Below, in pieces: positions 38,309-50,753 of a stretch of 64,000 nucleotides of DNA (the stretch's first letter is position 1; each line of letters starts with the position of its first letter). The position numbers were made by a program, and so were the translations under genes. This DNA comes from Sulfurospirillum sp. (lineage in GTDB: Bacteria > Campylobacterota > Campylobacteria > Campylobacterales > Sulfurospirillaceae). The stretch spans positions 2,770 through 66,769 of the forward strand of contig JADGDR010000011.1 of assembly GCA_016744795.1 (NCBI GenBank), given 5' to 3'. The notes below the pieces were generated by a model. That model was not told where the DNA came from, ran no database searches, and saw only the letters and a program-made list of their open reading frames with translations.

Positions 38309-40656
38309 TGGTAAAAAAGTCATTTGATAATTTATATCTTATTGTAATTTCTGTAACTTGTATAGTTGCAGGAACTTTAATTTTTTATATAAATCAAATT
38401 AAAATAGATAAAGAAACAACTTATTTTACTAAAAGTATTTCTACGCTAGATATTGCATATAGGGCAAGTATGGAAAAATACAAACTTCTTGCTCAAAATG
38501 TTTTTGAAGAGAAAATAAACCAAAAAAAAGTATTAGAACTCTTTTATAAAGGGACTATTGCAAAAGGCGATCAACAGAATTTATATAGAGGTATGCTATA
38601 TAAAGAGCTATATCCTCTTTATATAAAATTGAAATCTCTAAATATAATACAACTGCACTTTCATCTTAAAGATGGTGAAAGTTTTCTTAGATTTAATCAA
38701 CCAAATAAGTCTGGAGACAAACTTTTTGATAGTAGAGAAAGTATAAAAATTGCCAATACAAAAAAAGTTCATGTTGATGGGTTTGAAACAGGTAGGGTGA
38801 TTTCTGGATTTCGAAATGTTTTTCCAATTAGTTATAAAAACCAACATATTGGAAGCATCGAAATTAGTTTATCAACAAAAGCTATCATAGGTACACTAAC
38901 AAAACTTGATAAAAATAGAGAATACACAATAATTGTAAATAAGGCACAAATCAATTCAAAAATATTCAAAAAACAAAAATATTTATATAGTGAATCTATT
39001 ATAAACGCAGATTATCTACAAGAAGATTCTAAAAAGTATTTAAAAGATTCTCCTAAAATACTCTCAGATATGGCAAATAAAATCAACCAAAAACTCCACT
39101 TAGATACAAAACTTCTTATTGCCATGAAAAATGGGCAGACTTATGGAACTTTTGTCGAAATTAACAACACCTACCATGAAGTATCATTTTTACCAATGAT
39201 AGGACTTGCCAAGCAAATAGAAGGTTATCTAATATCTTATCAAACCATTACAGATATTCCAATTCTTATAAAATTTTTTATTTTCTTTCCTATTGTTATA
39301 ACAATAGGAACTATTGTATTTATACAATTGCTTTTAATTATTAGAAAAAAAGCAAATACTTTAGATTACCAAAAAAAGTGGTTTAACTCCATAACTGATT
39401 CATTAGCAGAGGGAATGTACGTTATGAATACTAGTGGAATAATAGAATATGCAAACCCTATGGCATGTAAAATTTTAGGATACAATAAAAAAGAGTTAAT
39501 TGGAAAATGTGCACATAACCTTTTTCATTCTCACTATGTAAATAATCATCTAGCTCAAAAAGATTGTCCTATATATAAGGGCGTTATAAACAATCAAGAA
39601 TTTTATAGTTCAAAAGAGTTCTTTACATGTAAAGATAATACAATGATTTGTGTTGATATTTGTAGTAAATCTATTGTTAAAAATACTGATATATCCCAAA
39701 TAGTTACTGTTTTTAGAGATATAAGTGAAAAAAAAGAGATAGAAAAAAACATGCTTATTTTAACAAAAGCTCTTGAAGCAAGTACAAATACCATAATCAT
39801 AACTGATAAAGATGCCATTGTTCAATGGGCAAATCCAGCTTTTGAAGAACTCACAGGTTATACAATGAAAGATATCCTTGGTAAAAATCCAAAAGAATTA
39901 ATAAATTCAGGAGAACAAACAAAAGAGTTTTATGAGGATTTGTGGAAAACCATACTAAATAAGAAACCATGGAAAAGTGAACTTATAAATAAGAAGCAAG
40001 ATGGTAGTTTTTATCATGAAGAGTTAAGCATAACACCTGTTCTTGATGAGAATAAAGAGATTCAAAATTTCATTGCTATAAAACAAGATATAAGTGAAAG
40101 AAAAAAGAGAGAAAATGATGTTAAACATTTTGCTTTTTATGACGCTCTTACTGAACTACCAAATCGAAGACTTCTGATTGAGCATTTAGAACAAATTATT
40201 AATACCTTAGCAAGAGTTCGTAAAAGCGTAGCCGTACTATTTTTAGATTTAGATAAATTCAAATCTTTAAACGATACATATGGACATGATGCAGGAGATG
40301 ATCTGCTTATACAAGTAGCAAGTAGATTAAATAGTACTGTAAGAAAACAAGATATTGTAGCGCGTATTGGTGGAGATGAATTTATAATCGTTTTAGATGA
40401 TTTACCAACTGATTTTTATCAAGCTAAAGAGTACGCAAAAACTATATCTGAAAAAATTAGCACTAATATAAAAACTCCTTTTAAGTTATGCAGCACAACA
40501 TATAAGATAACAACTAGCATAGGTATTTGTATATTTAACGATGAGTTATTAAGAATAGATGCCATACTAAAACGTGCCGATATAGCTCTTTATAAAGCTA
40601 AAGATACAGGTAGAGACAATGTCTGTTTTTATAGAGACCTAGTTAGCTATAAATAA
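38308..40656 (+). CDS. Membrane sensor diguanylate cyclase (periplasmic sensor domain - PAS - PAS - GGDEF)
   Basis: 782 aa with a GTG start and two TM segments bracketing a ~290-aa periplasmic domain. Two PAS domains follow, then a GGDEF domain with an intact active site (RIGGDEFIIV) and an RxxD I-site (RKQD) 5 residues upstream. Confidence 0.9.
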   Translation: MVKKSFDNLYLIVISVTCIVAGTLIFYINQIKIDKETTYFTKSISTLDIAYRASMEKYKLLAQNVFEEKINQKKVLELFYKGTIAKGDQQNLYRGMLYKELYPLYIKLKSLNIIQLHFHLKDGESFLRFNQPNKSGDKLFDSRESIKIANTKKVHVDGFETGRVISGFRNVFPISYKNQHIGSIEISLSTKAIIGTLTKLDKNREYTIIVNKAQINSKIFKKQKYLYSESIINADYLQEDSKKYLKDSPKILSDMANKINQKLHLDTKLLIAMKNGQTYGTFVEINNTYHEVSFLPMIGLAKQIEGYLISYQTITDIPILIKFFIFFPIVITIGTIVFIQLLLIIRKKANTLDYQKKWFNSITDSLAEGMYVMNTSGIIEYANPMACKILGYNKKELIGKCAHNLFHSHYVNNHLAQKDCPIYKGVINNQEFYSSKEFFTCKDNTMICVDICSKSIVKNTDISQIVTVFRDISEKKEIEKNMLILTKALEASTNTIIITDKDAIVQWANPAFEELTGYTMKDILGKNPKELINSGEQTKEFYEDLWKTILNKKPWKSELINKKQDGSFYHEELSITPVLDENKEIQNFIAIKQDISERKKRENDVKHFAFYDALTELPNRRLLIEHLEQIINTLARVRKSVAVLFLDLDKFKSLNDTYGHDAGDDLLIQVASRLNSTVRKQDIVARIGGDEFIIVLDDLPTDFYQAKEYAKTISEKISTNIKTPFKLCSTTYKITTSIGICIFNDELLRIDAILKRADIALYKAKDTGRDNVCFYRDLVSYK
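39621..39634. repeat. Perfect 14-nt palindrome CTTTACATGTAAAG (iterated motif copy)
   Basis: Read directly, inside the diguanylate cyclase CDS (encodes FFTCKD). Confidence 0.85.
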
Positions 40657-40728
40657 AAAATTTAAGCCTACTTTAGATAAAATCATTTATTAAAAAACAA
40701 AAAATTCTTAAAGAAGGAGACAATTAAT

Positions 40729-41751
40729 ATGAACCGTAAAAAAATATATAATCCAAGTTCTGATGAAACTTTGAACGACAGAAAAGTTTTTGGCGGAAAT
40801 CCTCACGGAATTTTGAACTTTACAAAAGCAAGATACACTTGGGCACTAAATCTTTGGGATATGATGGAAGCAAATACTTGGTTTCCAAAAGAAGTTGATA
40901 CTACAAAAGACGTTATTGATTACAATAAAAACCTAACTGATGCTGAAAAACGTATGTATGACCTAGTTTGGTCTCAGCTTATTAGCATGGATAGTTTTCA
41001 AACAAATAACCTTGCTGATAATATCAATCCATACATAACTGCACCAGAAATCAATGCACTTTTGGCTCGTCAAGCGTATGAAGAAGCAAACCATTCAAAA
41101 AGTTATGCAGTTATGGCAGAAGCTATTTGTGATAATACAGATTTAATATATGAGATGGAAAAGCATGATGAAGTTTTAAGACGAAAAAACGCTTATATCT
41201 CTAGTGTATATGAGGAACTTGCAGGTAACGTGACAGAAGAAAAACTTCTATTAGCAATGTTTGCAAATCAGATTTTAGAAGGAGTATACTTTTACTCTGG
41301 ATTTACTGCTATATATTCACTTGCACGAGCGGGACGTATGCTTGGAAGTGCACAAATGATTCGTTTTATCCAAAGAGATGAGATAACCCATCTTCTTCTT
41401 TTTCAAAACATGATTAATTCAGTAAGAAAAGAGAAACCAGAACTTTTTACAGATGAACTTAAAGCAAAAGTATTTAAGATGTTTAAAGAAGCTGGTGATT
41501 TAGAGATAGAATGGGGTCAATACATAACACAAAACCAAATCATGGGTTTTACTGATGATATCATAGAAGAGTATATTCACTTTTTAATAGATGAAAGACT
41601 TAGTGCTGTGGGATTTGAGAAAATGTACAATGCAGATCACCCTATAAAATGGGTTGAAGATTTTTCAAAATTTAATGAGCAAAAAACAAACTTTTTTGAA
41701 GGCAATGTAGCAAACTATAGTAAAGGTAGTCTGTCGTTTAATGACTTCTAA
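40729..41751 (+). CDS. nrdB: Class Ia ribonucleoside-diphosphate reductase, beta subunit
   Basis: 340 aa with di-iron/tyrosyl radical ligand motifs ([24 protein letters not shown]) and an acidic C-terminal tail. A strong AAGGAG ribosome-binding site lies upstream. Confidence 0.96.
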   Translation: MNRKKIYNPSSDETLNDRKVFGGNPHGILNFTKARYTWALNLWDMMEANTWFPKEVDTTKDVIDYNKNLTDAEKRMYDLVWSQLISMDSFQTNNLADNINPYITAPEINALLARQAYEEANHSKSYAVMAEAICDNTDLIYEMEKHDEVLRRKNAYISSVYEELAGNVTEEKLLLAMFANQILEGVYFYSGFTAIYSLARAGRMLGSAQMIRFIQRDEITHLLLFQNMINSVRKEKPELFTDELKAKVFKMFKEAGDLEIEWGQYITQNQIMGFTDDIIEEYIHFLIDERLSAVGFEKMYNADHPIKWVEDFSKFNEQKTNFFEGNVANYSKGSLSFNDF

Positions 41752-42469
41752 AAAAACTTTAGTTGCACTTCAATTTGACTATGAAAACAAGAGTCTTGAG
41801 AATAATTTCAAGACTCTAAAACGTTTAATAACCCTAACACCTAAGGAATCCATTAATTTGGCTCCTGAACTATGTCTAAGTGGCTATAAATATGATTCGT
41901 TAAAAGAATCCGCAAGTTTTTCAAACAAAATCATACCTGAACTAAAAAAGCTATCTACATGTAAAACTATAGCACTAACTCTAATTGAAGAGATTGATGG
42001 CAATTATTTTAATAATCTTAAAATATTTCATAACGGTGATGTAATCCAATCTCGTCCAAAAGCAAAACTATTCCCTCTTGGAGATGAAGAGAAGTTTTTC
42101 ACCACAGGAACGATAAACGATATAAACACAATAGAAATAGATGGAATAAAAATTGCTACGCTTATATGTTTTGAATTACGGTTCAGTGAACTATGGCAAA
42201 AAATTTTAGGAGCAGATATAATCTTGGTTCCATCTTTTTGGGGAAAACTAAGAAAAGAGCACCTAAAAGTACTCTCTCAAGCTCTAGCAGTCACAAACCA
42301 AGCTTTTGTTATAGTTGCTAATAGTAGCGATGAAGATATGGCAAGCAGTAGTGCTATAATAACTCCTTTTGGAAACGTTTATAGAGATGACTCTACTTTT
42401 ATGCTAAAGCATGAAATAGATTTAAATGAGATAAAAAAAATGAGAAAATATATAAATATAGGGTTATGA
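41741..42469 (+). CDS. Carbon-nitrogen hydrolase (nitrilase superfamily) protein
   Basis: 242 aa. The catalytic Cys context ([11 protein letters not shown]), a Glu near the N-terminus (APELCLSGY) and the length are typical of the family. Confidence 0.8.
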   Translation: MTSKKTLVALQFDYENKSLENNFKTLKRLITLTPKESINLAPELCLSGYKYDSLKESASFSNKIIPELKKLSTCKTIALTLIEEIDGNYFNNLKIFHNGDVIQSRPKAKLFPLGDEEKFFTTGTINDINTIEIDGIKIATLICFELRFSELWQKILGADIILVPSFWGKLRKEHLKVLSQALAVTNQAFVIVANSSDEDMASSSAIITPFGNVYRDDSTFMLKHEIDLNEIKKMRKYINIGL

Positions 42470-43119
42470 TGAGTGATTTTGGTACAAAAATAAAACTACA
42501 AAAATGTAAAAATATGGCAGATGAAATAAAAAAAGTTTGCAACATAAATGATGATATATACAAAGCACTAATATCCAGTGAAAGAGAGCAGTTTGTTCCA
42601 AAAGGCTTTTCAAGACATGCCTATAAACTAGATGCTCTTCCAATGGTTGCGGATCAGTGGATAAGCTCTCCTTTAACAGTGGCAAAGATGAGCCAAGCCC
42701 TTACATGTAAAGGTGCTGATAGTATTTTAGAGATAGGTTGTGGTAGTGGTTATCAAGCTTTGGTTTTAAGCAGACTTATTAGACGTGTATTTACTATAGA
42801 AAGAGTCGAAAGACTTCTGATTGAAGCAAGACAGCGGTTTAAAACTCTTGGCATACATAATATTCATACTAGATTCGATGATGGACAAAATGGGTGGAGG
42901 GAGTATGCCCCTTATGATAGGATTCTTTTCTCAGCATCAACGCCTAAAATTCCAGAAAAGCTTTTTGAGCAACTAAGCGATGGTGGCATATTGGTTGCAC
43001 CTATAGAAAAAGCAAATAAACAGATTATAACAAGATTTATAAAGAAAGGAAACTCTATAAAAGTAGAAGAGTTAGATGAGTGCCTTTTTGTACCTGTAAA
43101 AGATGGAAAAGGTTTTTAA
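42466..43119 (+). CDS. pcm: Protein-L-isoaspartate O-methyltransferase
   Basis: 217 aa with the SAM motif ILEIGCGSGYQA and the ISSP and YDRI motifs. Confidence 0.9.
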   Translation: MMSDFGTKIKLQKCKNMADEIKKVCNINDDIYKALISSEREQFVPKGFSRHAYKLDALPMVADQWISSPLTVAKMSQALTCKGADSILEIGCGSGYQALVLSRLIRRVFTIERVERLLIEARQRFKTLGIHNIHTRFDDGQNGWREYAPYDRILFSASTPKIPEKLFEQLSDGGILVAPIEKANKQIITRFIKKGNSIKVEELDECLFVPVKDGKGF

Positions 43120-43349
43120 CCTTTTCTTATAAATAATCCTATAATAAAACCAATAATTTTTCTAATTATAAAAAGAACTACATAAACTCCAAAAGTAAAA
43201 AAGAGTGGATGAAAAGGACCAAATTGACTTCCACTAAGATGTTCAATATGTTCAATAGGATGAGAAATCCACTGTTTCATATGCATACCAAGTGTTAAAA
43301 ATAGAAATAATCCTACAAAAATTACTACTTCTTTACCTACTTTTGACAT
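43116..43349 (-). CDS. Small two-TM membrane protein (unknown function)
   Basis: 77-aa ORF with two clear hydrophobic helices. I recognise no family. Confidence 0.5.
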   Translation of the reverse strand: MSKVGKEVVIFVGLFLFLTLGMHMKQWISHPIEHIEHLSGSQFGPFHPLFFTFGVYVVLFIIRKIIGFIIGLFIRKG

Positions 43350-43398
43350 TAATAATCCTAAATTGAAATTTTAATGATTATAACAAAGAATGGTAAAC

Positions 43399-43424
43399 AA
43401 AAAGGAAAGGCTTTCAACTTTCCC
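43399..43424 (-). terminator. Possible intrinsic terminator after the cytochrome c gene
   Basis: On the minus strand a GGAAAG/CTTTCC stem (extendable with one mismatch) with an 8-nt loop is followed by TTTTT. Confidence 0.4.
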
Positions 43425-43438
43425 TTTGTATAAATTTA

Positions 43439-44110
43439 CTATTTTTTAGCGTCTGCATTGAAGTTAAAGTAAATATATGATGCCATATCTTCTGGATGGT
43501 ATTCCATACCTTTATCTTCTATCTTTTTTTGATTATGAGTCATTACTTCATTACCTGCTCCTGACGATTGAAAACCATCAGATTGTAAATCATATAACTC
43601 CATTTCAAGTTCATTCTTAGTCATGTCATTTATAGCAGGACCTTTTTTCTTAGGATTTCCCTGTGCGTTCATTCCATGACATTTTGAACACATTGTTTTA
43701 TATATCTCTGATACACTATAAGATTTAACATCCTTATTTGTCATACTTAACTTACTTTTATTTATTCCAAAAGTACTATAGATATATAAAGCCATATCAT
43801 CAGGATGATAAGTCATACCTTTTTTAATGATTTTTTTCTGATTATGTTCCATCACATCATGATCGCTTCCTGAAGATTGTGAACCATTTGCTACTAAATC
43901 AAAAAGTTCATAAGCCAACTCATCTTTACTCATATCATTAAGTGACGGTCCTTTTTTTTCAGGATTTCCTTCTGCATTCATACCATGACATTTTGAACAC
44001 ATTTGATAATAAATATCTGATACACTATACTGCTTTGCATGTGAAAAACTTACACAAAATCCAAGTATAAAAATCCCATAAAAAACTTTTTTATATATAT
44101 TAGTTTTCAT
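43439..44110 (-). CDS. Diheme c-type cytochrome (internally duplicated)
   Basis: There are two CSKCHG heme-binding motifs in two ~95-aa homologous halves, plus a signal peptide MKTNIYKKVFYGIFILGFCVSFSHA. I place the start at ATG 44108-44110, which overlaps the upstream TAA (TAATG), rather than the track's 44185. Confidence 0.85.
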   Translation of the reverse strand: MKTNIYKKVFYGIFILGFCVSFSHAKQYSVSDIYYQMCSKCHGMNAEGNPEKKGPSLNDMSKDELAYELFDLVANGSQSSGSDHDVMEHNQKKIIKKGMTYHPDDMALYIYSTFGINKSKLSMTNKDVKSYSVSEIYKTMCSKCHGMNAQGNPKKKGPAINDMTKNELEMELYDLQSDGFQSSGAGNEVMTHNQKKIEDKGMEYHPEDMASYIYFNFNADAKK

Positions 44111-45555
44111 TACGCTCTTCCTTTTAGCATCCCATAAAAGTACATAGGCTTGAGCATATAGACTTTTAAAATCCACCATATCCAACGCTCTTTTGTGGGA
44201 TCAAGTGGGAAAGATGGCGTAGGTTTTTTACTCCAATCAAACTCAGCAAGCATAACAGTACCAATACCAGTTATCAACGGACAAACCGTATATCCACCAT
44301 ACTTGGCACTAGGAGATTTACCCTCCATAACATCAATTAAGTTTTGGGCTGCAACTGTGTACTGTTTTCGCACACTTCCACCAGTCTTGCCCATTGGTAT
44401 TCCAGCAACATCACCTAAACCAAAAACGTTAGCATACCTTGTGTGCTGAAGAGTCTCTTTATGTAGTTCTACCCAACCACCTTTACTAGCACTTCCTCTT
44501 TGCCATGCTAATGGTGAAGCTTTAACAACATCAGGAGCACTCATAGGAGGTGTTACATGTAAAAAATCAAATGGAACATCCACTTGCTTAACTTGAGGAA
44601 TCATATCAAACTCTTCCAAATCAGCGTCCCACTCACCTTTTACTAGGTACTTATGATCAAAAGTAGCCATTTTTTTACCAATATCTACGGCAACTAAGTT
44701 ATGCTTATAGTGCCATTTCATATCACGAGCTTCAAACTGTTTTACTATAGCATCATGGTACTCAGGAACACCAAACATCTTTCCACCATTTGGATAAAAA
44801 GTTAAGGTTGCATTTTTTCTTGCATCTGCTTCTTTTAGACGAGCGTGAGTTAAATACATAATTTTTTTAGGAGCTCCACCGCATTTAATGGGAGTATTTG
44901 GATGAGAGAAAACTCCCTCAACTTTTTTTCCACTCTTTGCACTAGTTATAAATTCTTGCATAAGTGGCCAAGTTTTTGCAGCTCCTTCTGGAAAATAAAC
45001 CGAACTTATTCCATTTGTTCCAATAATATCACGACTTAAACCCTCTATCTTTTCATAGTTAAGTTGTAGTCCTGTTGCTACTATTAAAAAATCATATTTT
45101 ATCTCACCATTGTTTGCCGTTACTACTTTGCTGTGATCTGGATCAAACTCCACTACAGAGTCTTTTACCCACTTAGCTTCACTAGGTAAAAAGTCTTTAC
45201 TCTCACCTACTATATCTTCTGGATTCCAAACACCAGCAGCTATCAAAGTTTGCCCAGGTTGATAACTTACACTTTGTGGATTTGGTTCAATCACAGTAAC
45301 ATCGGGATTATTAAGTTTGTTTACAAGTAATGAAGCAATAGAACAACCAGCTGCTCCACCTCCTACTATAACAATCTTGGCTTTTATGTCAGAAGAGGCT
45401 ACAGCCTTAGTCGCTGCGCTTGCTTGGGAAGGATTTAGTAAAAATGATGCTGCACCAACGCCCGCTAGTTTTAATGCATCACGCCTTGATAATCCCCTCT
45501 TGATTAACTCCTGATCTAGCTGCTTACATATCTGATCAACATTATCTTCTATCAT
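44110..45555 (-). CDS. Tat-signal SQR/FCSD-family flavoprotein (type II SQR-like)
   Basis: 481 aa with a twin-arginine motif (LSRRDALKLAGVGAASFLL), the FAD fold KIVIVGGGAAG, PIKCGGAPKKIMY and GYTVCPLITG...LAEFDW motifs like SQOR/type II SQR, and an amphipathic Trp-rich C-terminus. Confidence 0.85.
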   Translation of the reverse strand: MIEDNVDQICKQLDQELIKRGLSRRDALKLAGVGAASFLLNPSQASAATKAVASSDIKAKIVIVGGGAAGCSIASLLVNKLNNPDVTVIEPNPQSVSYQPGQTLIAAGVWNPEDIVGESKDFLPSEAKWVKDSVVEFDPDHSKVVTANNGEIKYDFLIVATGLQLNYEKIEGLSRDIIGTNGISSVYFPEGAAKTWPLMQEFITSAKSGKKVEGVFSHPNTPIKCGGAPKKIMYLTHARLKEADARKNATLTFYPNGGKMFGVPEYHDAIVKQFEARDMKWHYKHNLVAVDIGKKMATFDHKYLVKGEWDADLEEFDMIPQVKQVDVPFDFLHVTPPMSAPDVVKASPLAWQRGSASKGGWVELHKETLQHTRYANVFGLGDVAGIPMGKTGGSVRKQYTVAAQNLIDVMEGKSPSAKYGGYTVCPLITGIGTVMLAEFDWSKKPTPSFPLDPTKERWIWWILKVYMLKPMYFYGMLKGRA

Positions 45556-45609
45556 TGCTTCTCCTTATAAGTAGTTTACCTAATTATCAGGTTAGCACAT
45601 TTAACTTTA

Positions 45610-48850
<3,241 letters not shown>

Positions 48851-48902
48851 TTATATCTCATTTAACATAATAAAGCGTTTATCTGTTGTGTATACTTTTT
48901 TT

Positions 48903-50708
48903 TCAAAGTAAGTCGTACTTGTCTAAATTACACCCAATATATACCAAGAAATTGTCTTTTCCTTTTGTTTTTTCCATTTCTATAAATTCATATTTTCCAT
49001 TAACAAATTGAATAACAAATTGATTATCAAAATTTTTAAATTTTATAATTCCTTTGATTCTAAAAATATCTTTTGGTATAGCCTCAAGATATGATTTAAA
49101 AATATCTTTATCTATGGGTTCAAAAATATCTATTTTTTTACTAGATATCCCATCTTGTATATGTGTCCTTTCTAGTGGAGTTTCTTCTGTAAACATTGTT
49201 GAGATATGAGACGTACTTGATTTGATTAATCTTGCAGAATTAGCAATACTAGTTGGATTTATATCGCAATTTATGGTTTTAATTATATTTGCACATTGAT
49301 TGTTTGAGACTAAAAGATGTTCTACTTTTTTAATTTCTTCATTACTCATCAAGTCTATTTTATTAAGTAAAATAACATCAGCAGCTCTTACTTGATCTTT
49401 AAAAATAGCATATTTATCCCATAATTCAATTGCATTTACTCCATCAATTACACTGACAATAGAATCAAATTCTACTACATTATTTAATTCATTTAACTCA
49501 GAAAGAAGATTAAAAGGGTTAGCAACACCTGTTGTTTCAACTAAAATAGTATCAGGCTGAGAATTTTTCATTAGTGTGGCGACACCTGCTTTTAATTGCC
49601 CTGCTAAACTACAACAAACACAACCTTCATCAATCTCAACTAATGAATAATCATAGTTTAATAATTGTCCATCTAATCCAATTTTTCCAATCTCATTTTG
49701 AATAATGCCTACAAATCTATTTTTACTATTTTCATACTCTATATAATTTTGTAAAAATTTGGTTTTACCAGAGCCTAAAAAGCCAGTAACTAAGATTAAT
49801 TTAGGTTTTAAACTATTGTTAGAAAAAGTTTTATTATATTTTTCAAAATCTACTTTATTAGTTTTCCAACTTGATGATTCCAAAAAACAATGAAGTATAT
49901 TTGTATTTTTTAATCTTTTTTTTGTTTTTAAATTTGTCTCAAAATGTCTAAAATCAAACTTTCCATAACCAAGTGATAAAAATAAGTTAAAAACATCTGA
50001 ACTCTCCTGTTTTTCAAAAGAACCATCTTGTGAATAAGACACCACTTCGCTCTTAGTTTTATAAATCTCAAAGGAATCAGGTTTATCACCATTTATTCTA
50101 GTTAAAAGTGTATTGAAAAAATTGAAAAATTGTAACATTACTCTAAAAGCTGGAAAATTTTTATCTATACTAGATGGCTTAAGTATAAATTTTTCATTAG
50201 TAATATTATGCAAATCTAATACACCATCTTTTGTGTATGTTTTTTCTCTATTTTGCACTTCATAGTTTACATGTAAATTATTTTTTGTTTTATCTATAAA
50301 AAGTTTAATGCAACTAATATAGAAATTTTTTGTTAATTCTGGATAAGATGAAAATGATCTAACCTTTTCTATAAAATTCTCTTGTGTTGCTATATACTCT
50401 TCAAACAAAGAACATTTTGAGAGATATTTATCATCATTAGAAGGAAAATAATACAAGTTAAATTTTCCTAAATAACCATCACTTTTATCTTGTACATTTG
50501 ATAAAACTAATCCAAAAATTCCTTTAAAATTTTCAAATTTTAGTGTCCAACACTCTTGATTCTTTTCACAAAGATACATACCTTTGTAATCTGTTATTTT
50601 TTTTAATATTCCATCATAACTAGCCTTTATAAGCAGTGATCTCATGATAGAATTAAAAGCTTTACTAGAAGCATCGATTTTTGCAGGGTAAAAATCATTT
50701 ATATTCAT
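48903..50708 (-). CDS. COG0523 (CobW/ZigA-like G3E) GTPase fused to an unrecognised ~300-aa N-terminal domain
   Basis: 601 aa. The C-terminal ~300 aa carry P-loop GFLGSGKT, the metal motif GCVCCS, the NKxD-like LLNKIDL and a CobW_C-like end (IFRIKGII...). In the N-terminal ~300 aa I recognise no motif. Confidence 0.8.
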   Translation of the reverse strand: MNINDFYPAKIDASSKAFNSIMRSLLIKASYDGILKKITDYKGMYLCEKNQECWTLKFENFKGIFGLVLSNVQDKSDGYLGKFNLYYFPSNDDKYLSKCSLFEEYIATQENFIEKVRSFSSYPELTKNFYISCIKLFIDKTKNNLHVNYEVQNREKTYTKDGVLDLHNITNEKFILKPSSIDKNFPAFRVMLQFFNFFNTLLTRINGDKPDSFEIYKTKSEVVSYSQDGSFEKQESSDVFNLFLSLGYGKFDFRHFETNLKTKKRLKNTNILHCFLESSSWKTNKVDFEKYNKTFSNNSLKPKLILVTGFLGSGKTKFLQNYIEYENSKNRFVGIIQNEIGKIGLDGQLLNYDYSLVEIDEGCVCCSLAGQLKAGVATLMKNSQPDTILVETTGVANPFNLLSELNELNNVVEFDSIVSVIDGVNAIELWDKYAIFKDQVRAADVILLNKIDLMSNEEIKKVEHLLVSNNQCANIIKTINCDINPTSIANSARLIKSSTSHISTMFTEETPLERTHIQDGISSKKIDIFEPIDKDIFKSYLEAIPKDIFRIKGIIKFKNFDNQFVIQFVNGKYEFIEMEKTKGKDNFLVYIGCNLDKYDLL

Positions 50709-50718
50709 AATATATCCT

Positions 50719-50746
50719 AATAAAACCGAAGCAAAAGCTTCGGTTT
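50719..50746 (-). terminator. Strong intra-cluster hairpin with U-tract (terminator/attenuator) directly upstream of the COG0523 gene RBS
   Basis: A perfect 10-bp stem pairs AAACCGAAGC with GCTTCGGTTT around the loop AAAA. On the minus strand it is followed by TTTTATTAGGATATATTATG, so the U-tract runs into the ribosome-binding site and start of the next gene. Confidence 0.65.
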
Positions 50747-50753
50747 ATAAATT

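Noticed and set aside
44111-44185. The N-terminal 25-codon extension of the cytochrome c ORF given in the track (start 44185).
   Set aside because: The extension overlaps the flavoprotein gene by 76 nt and precedes a perfect signal peptide that begins at the internal Met (ATG 44108-44110). That Met forms a TAATG junction with the upstream stop.
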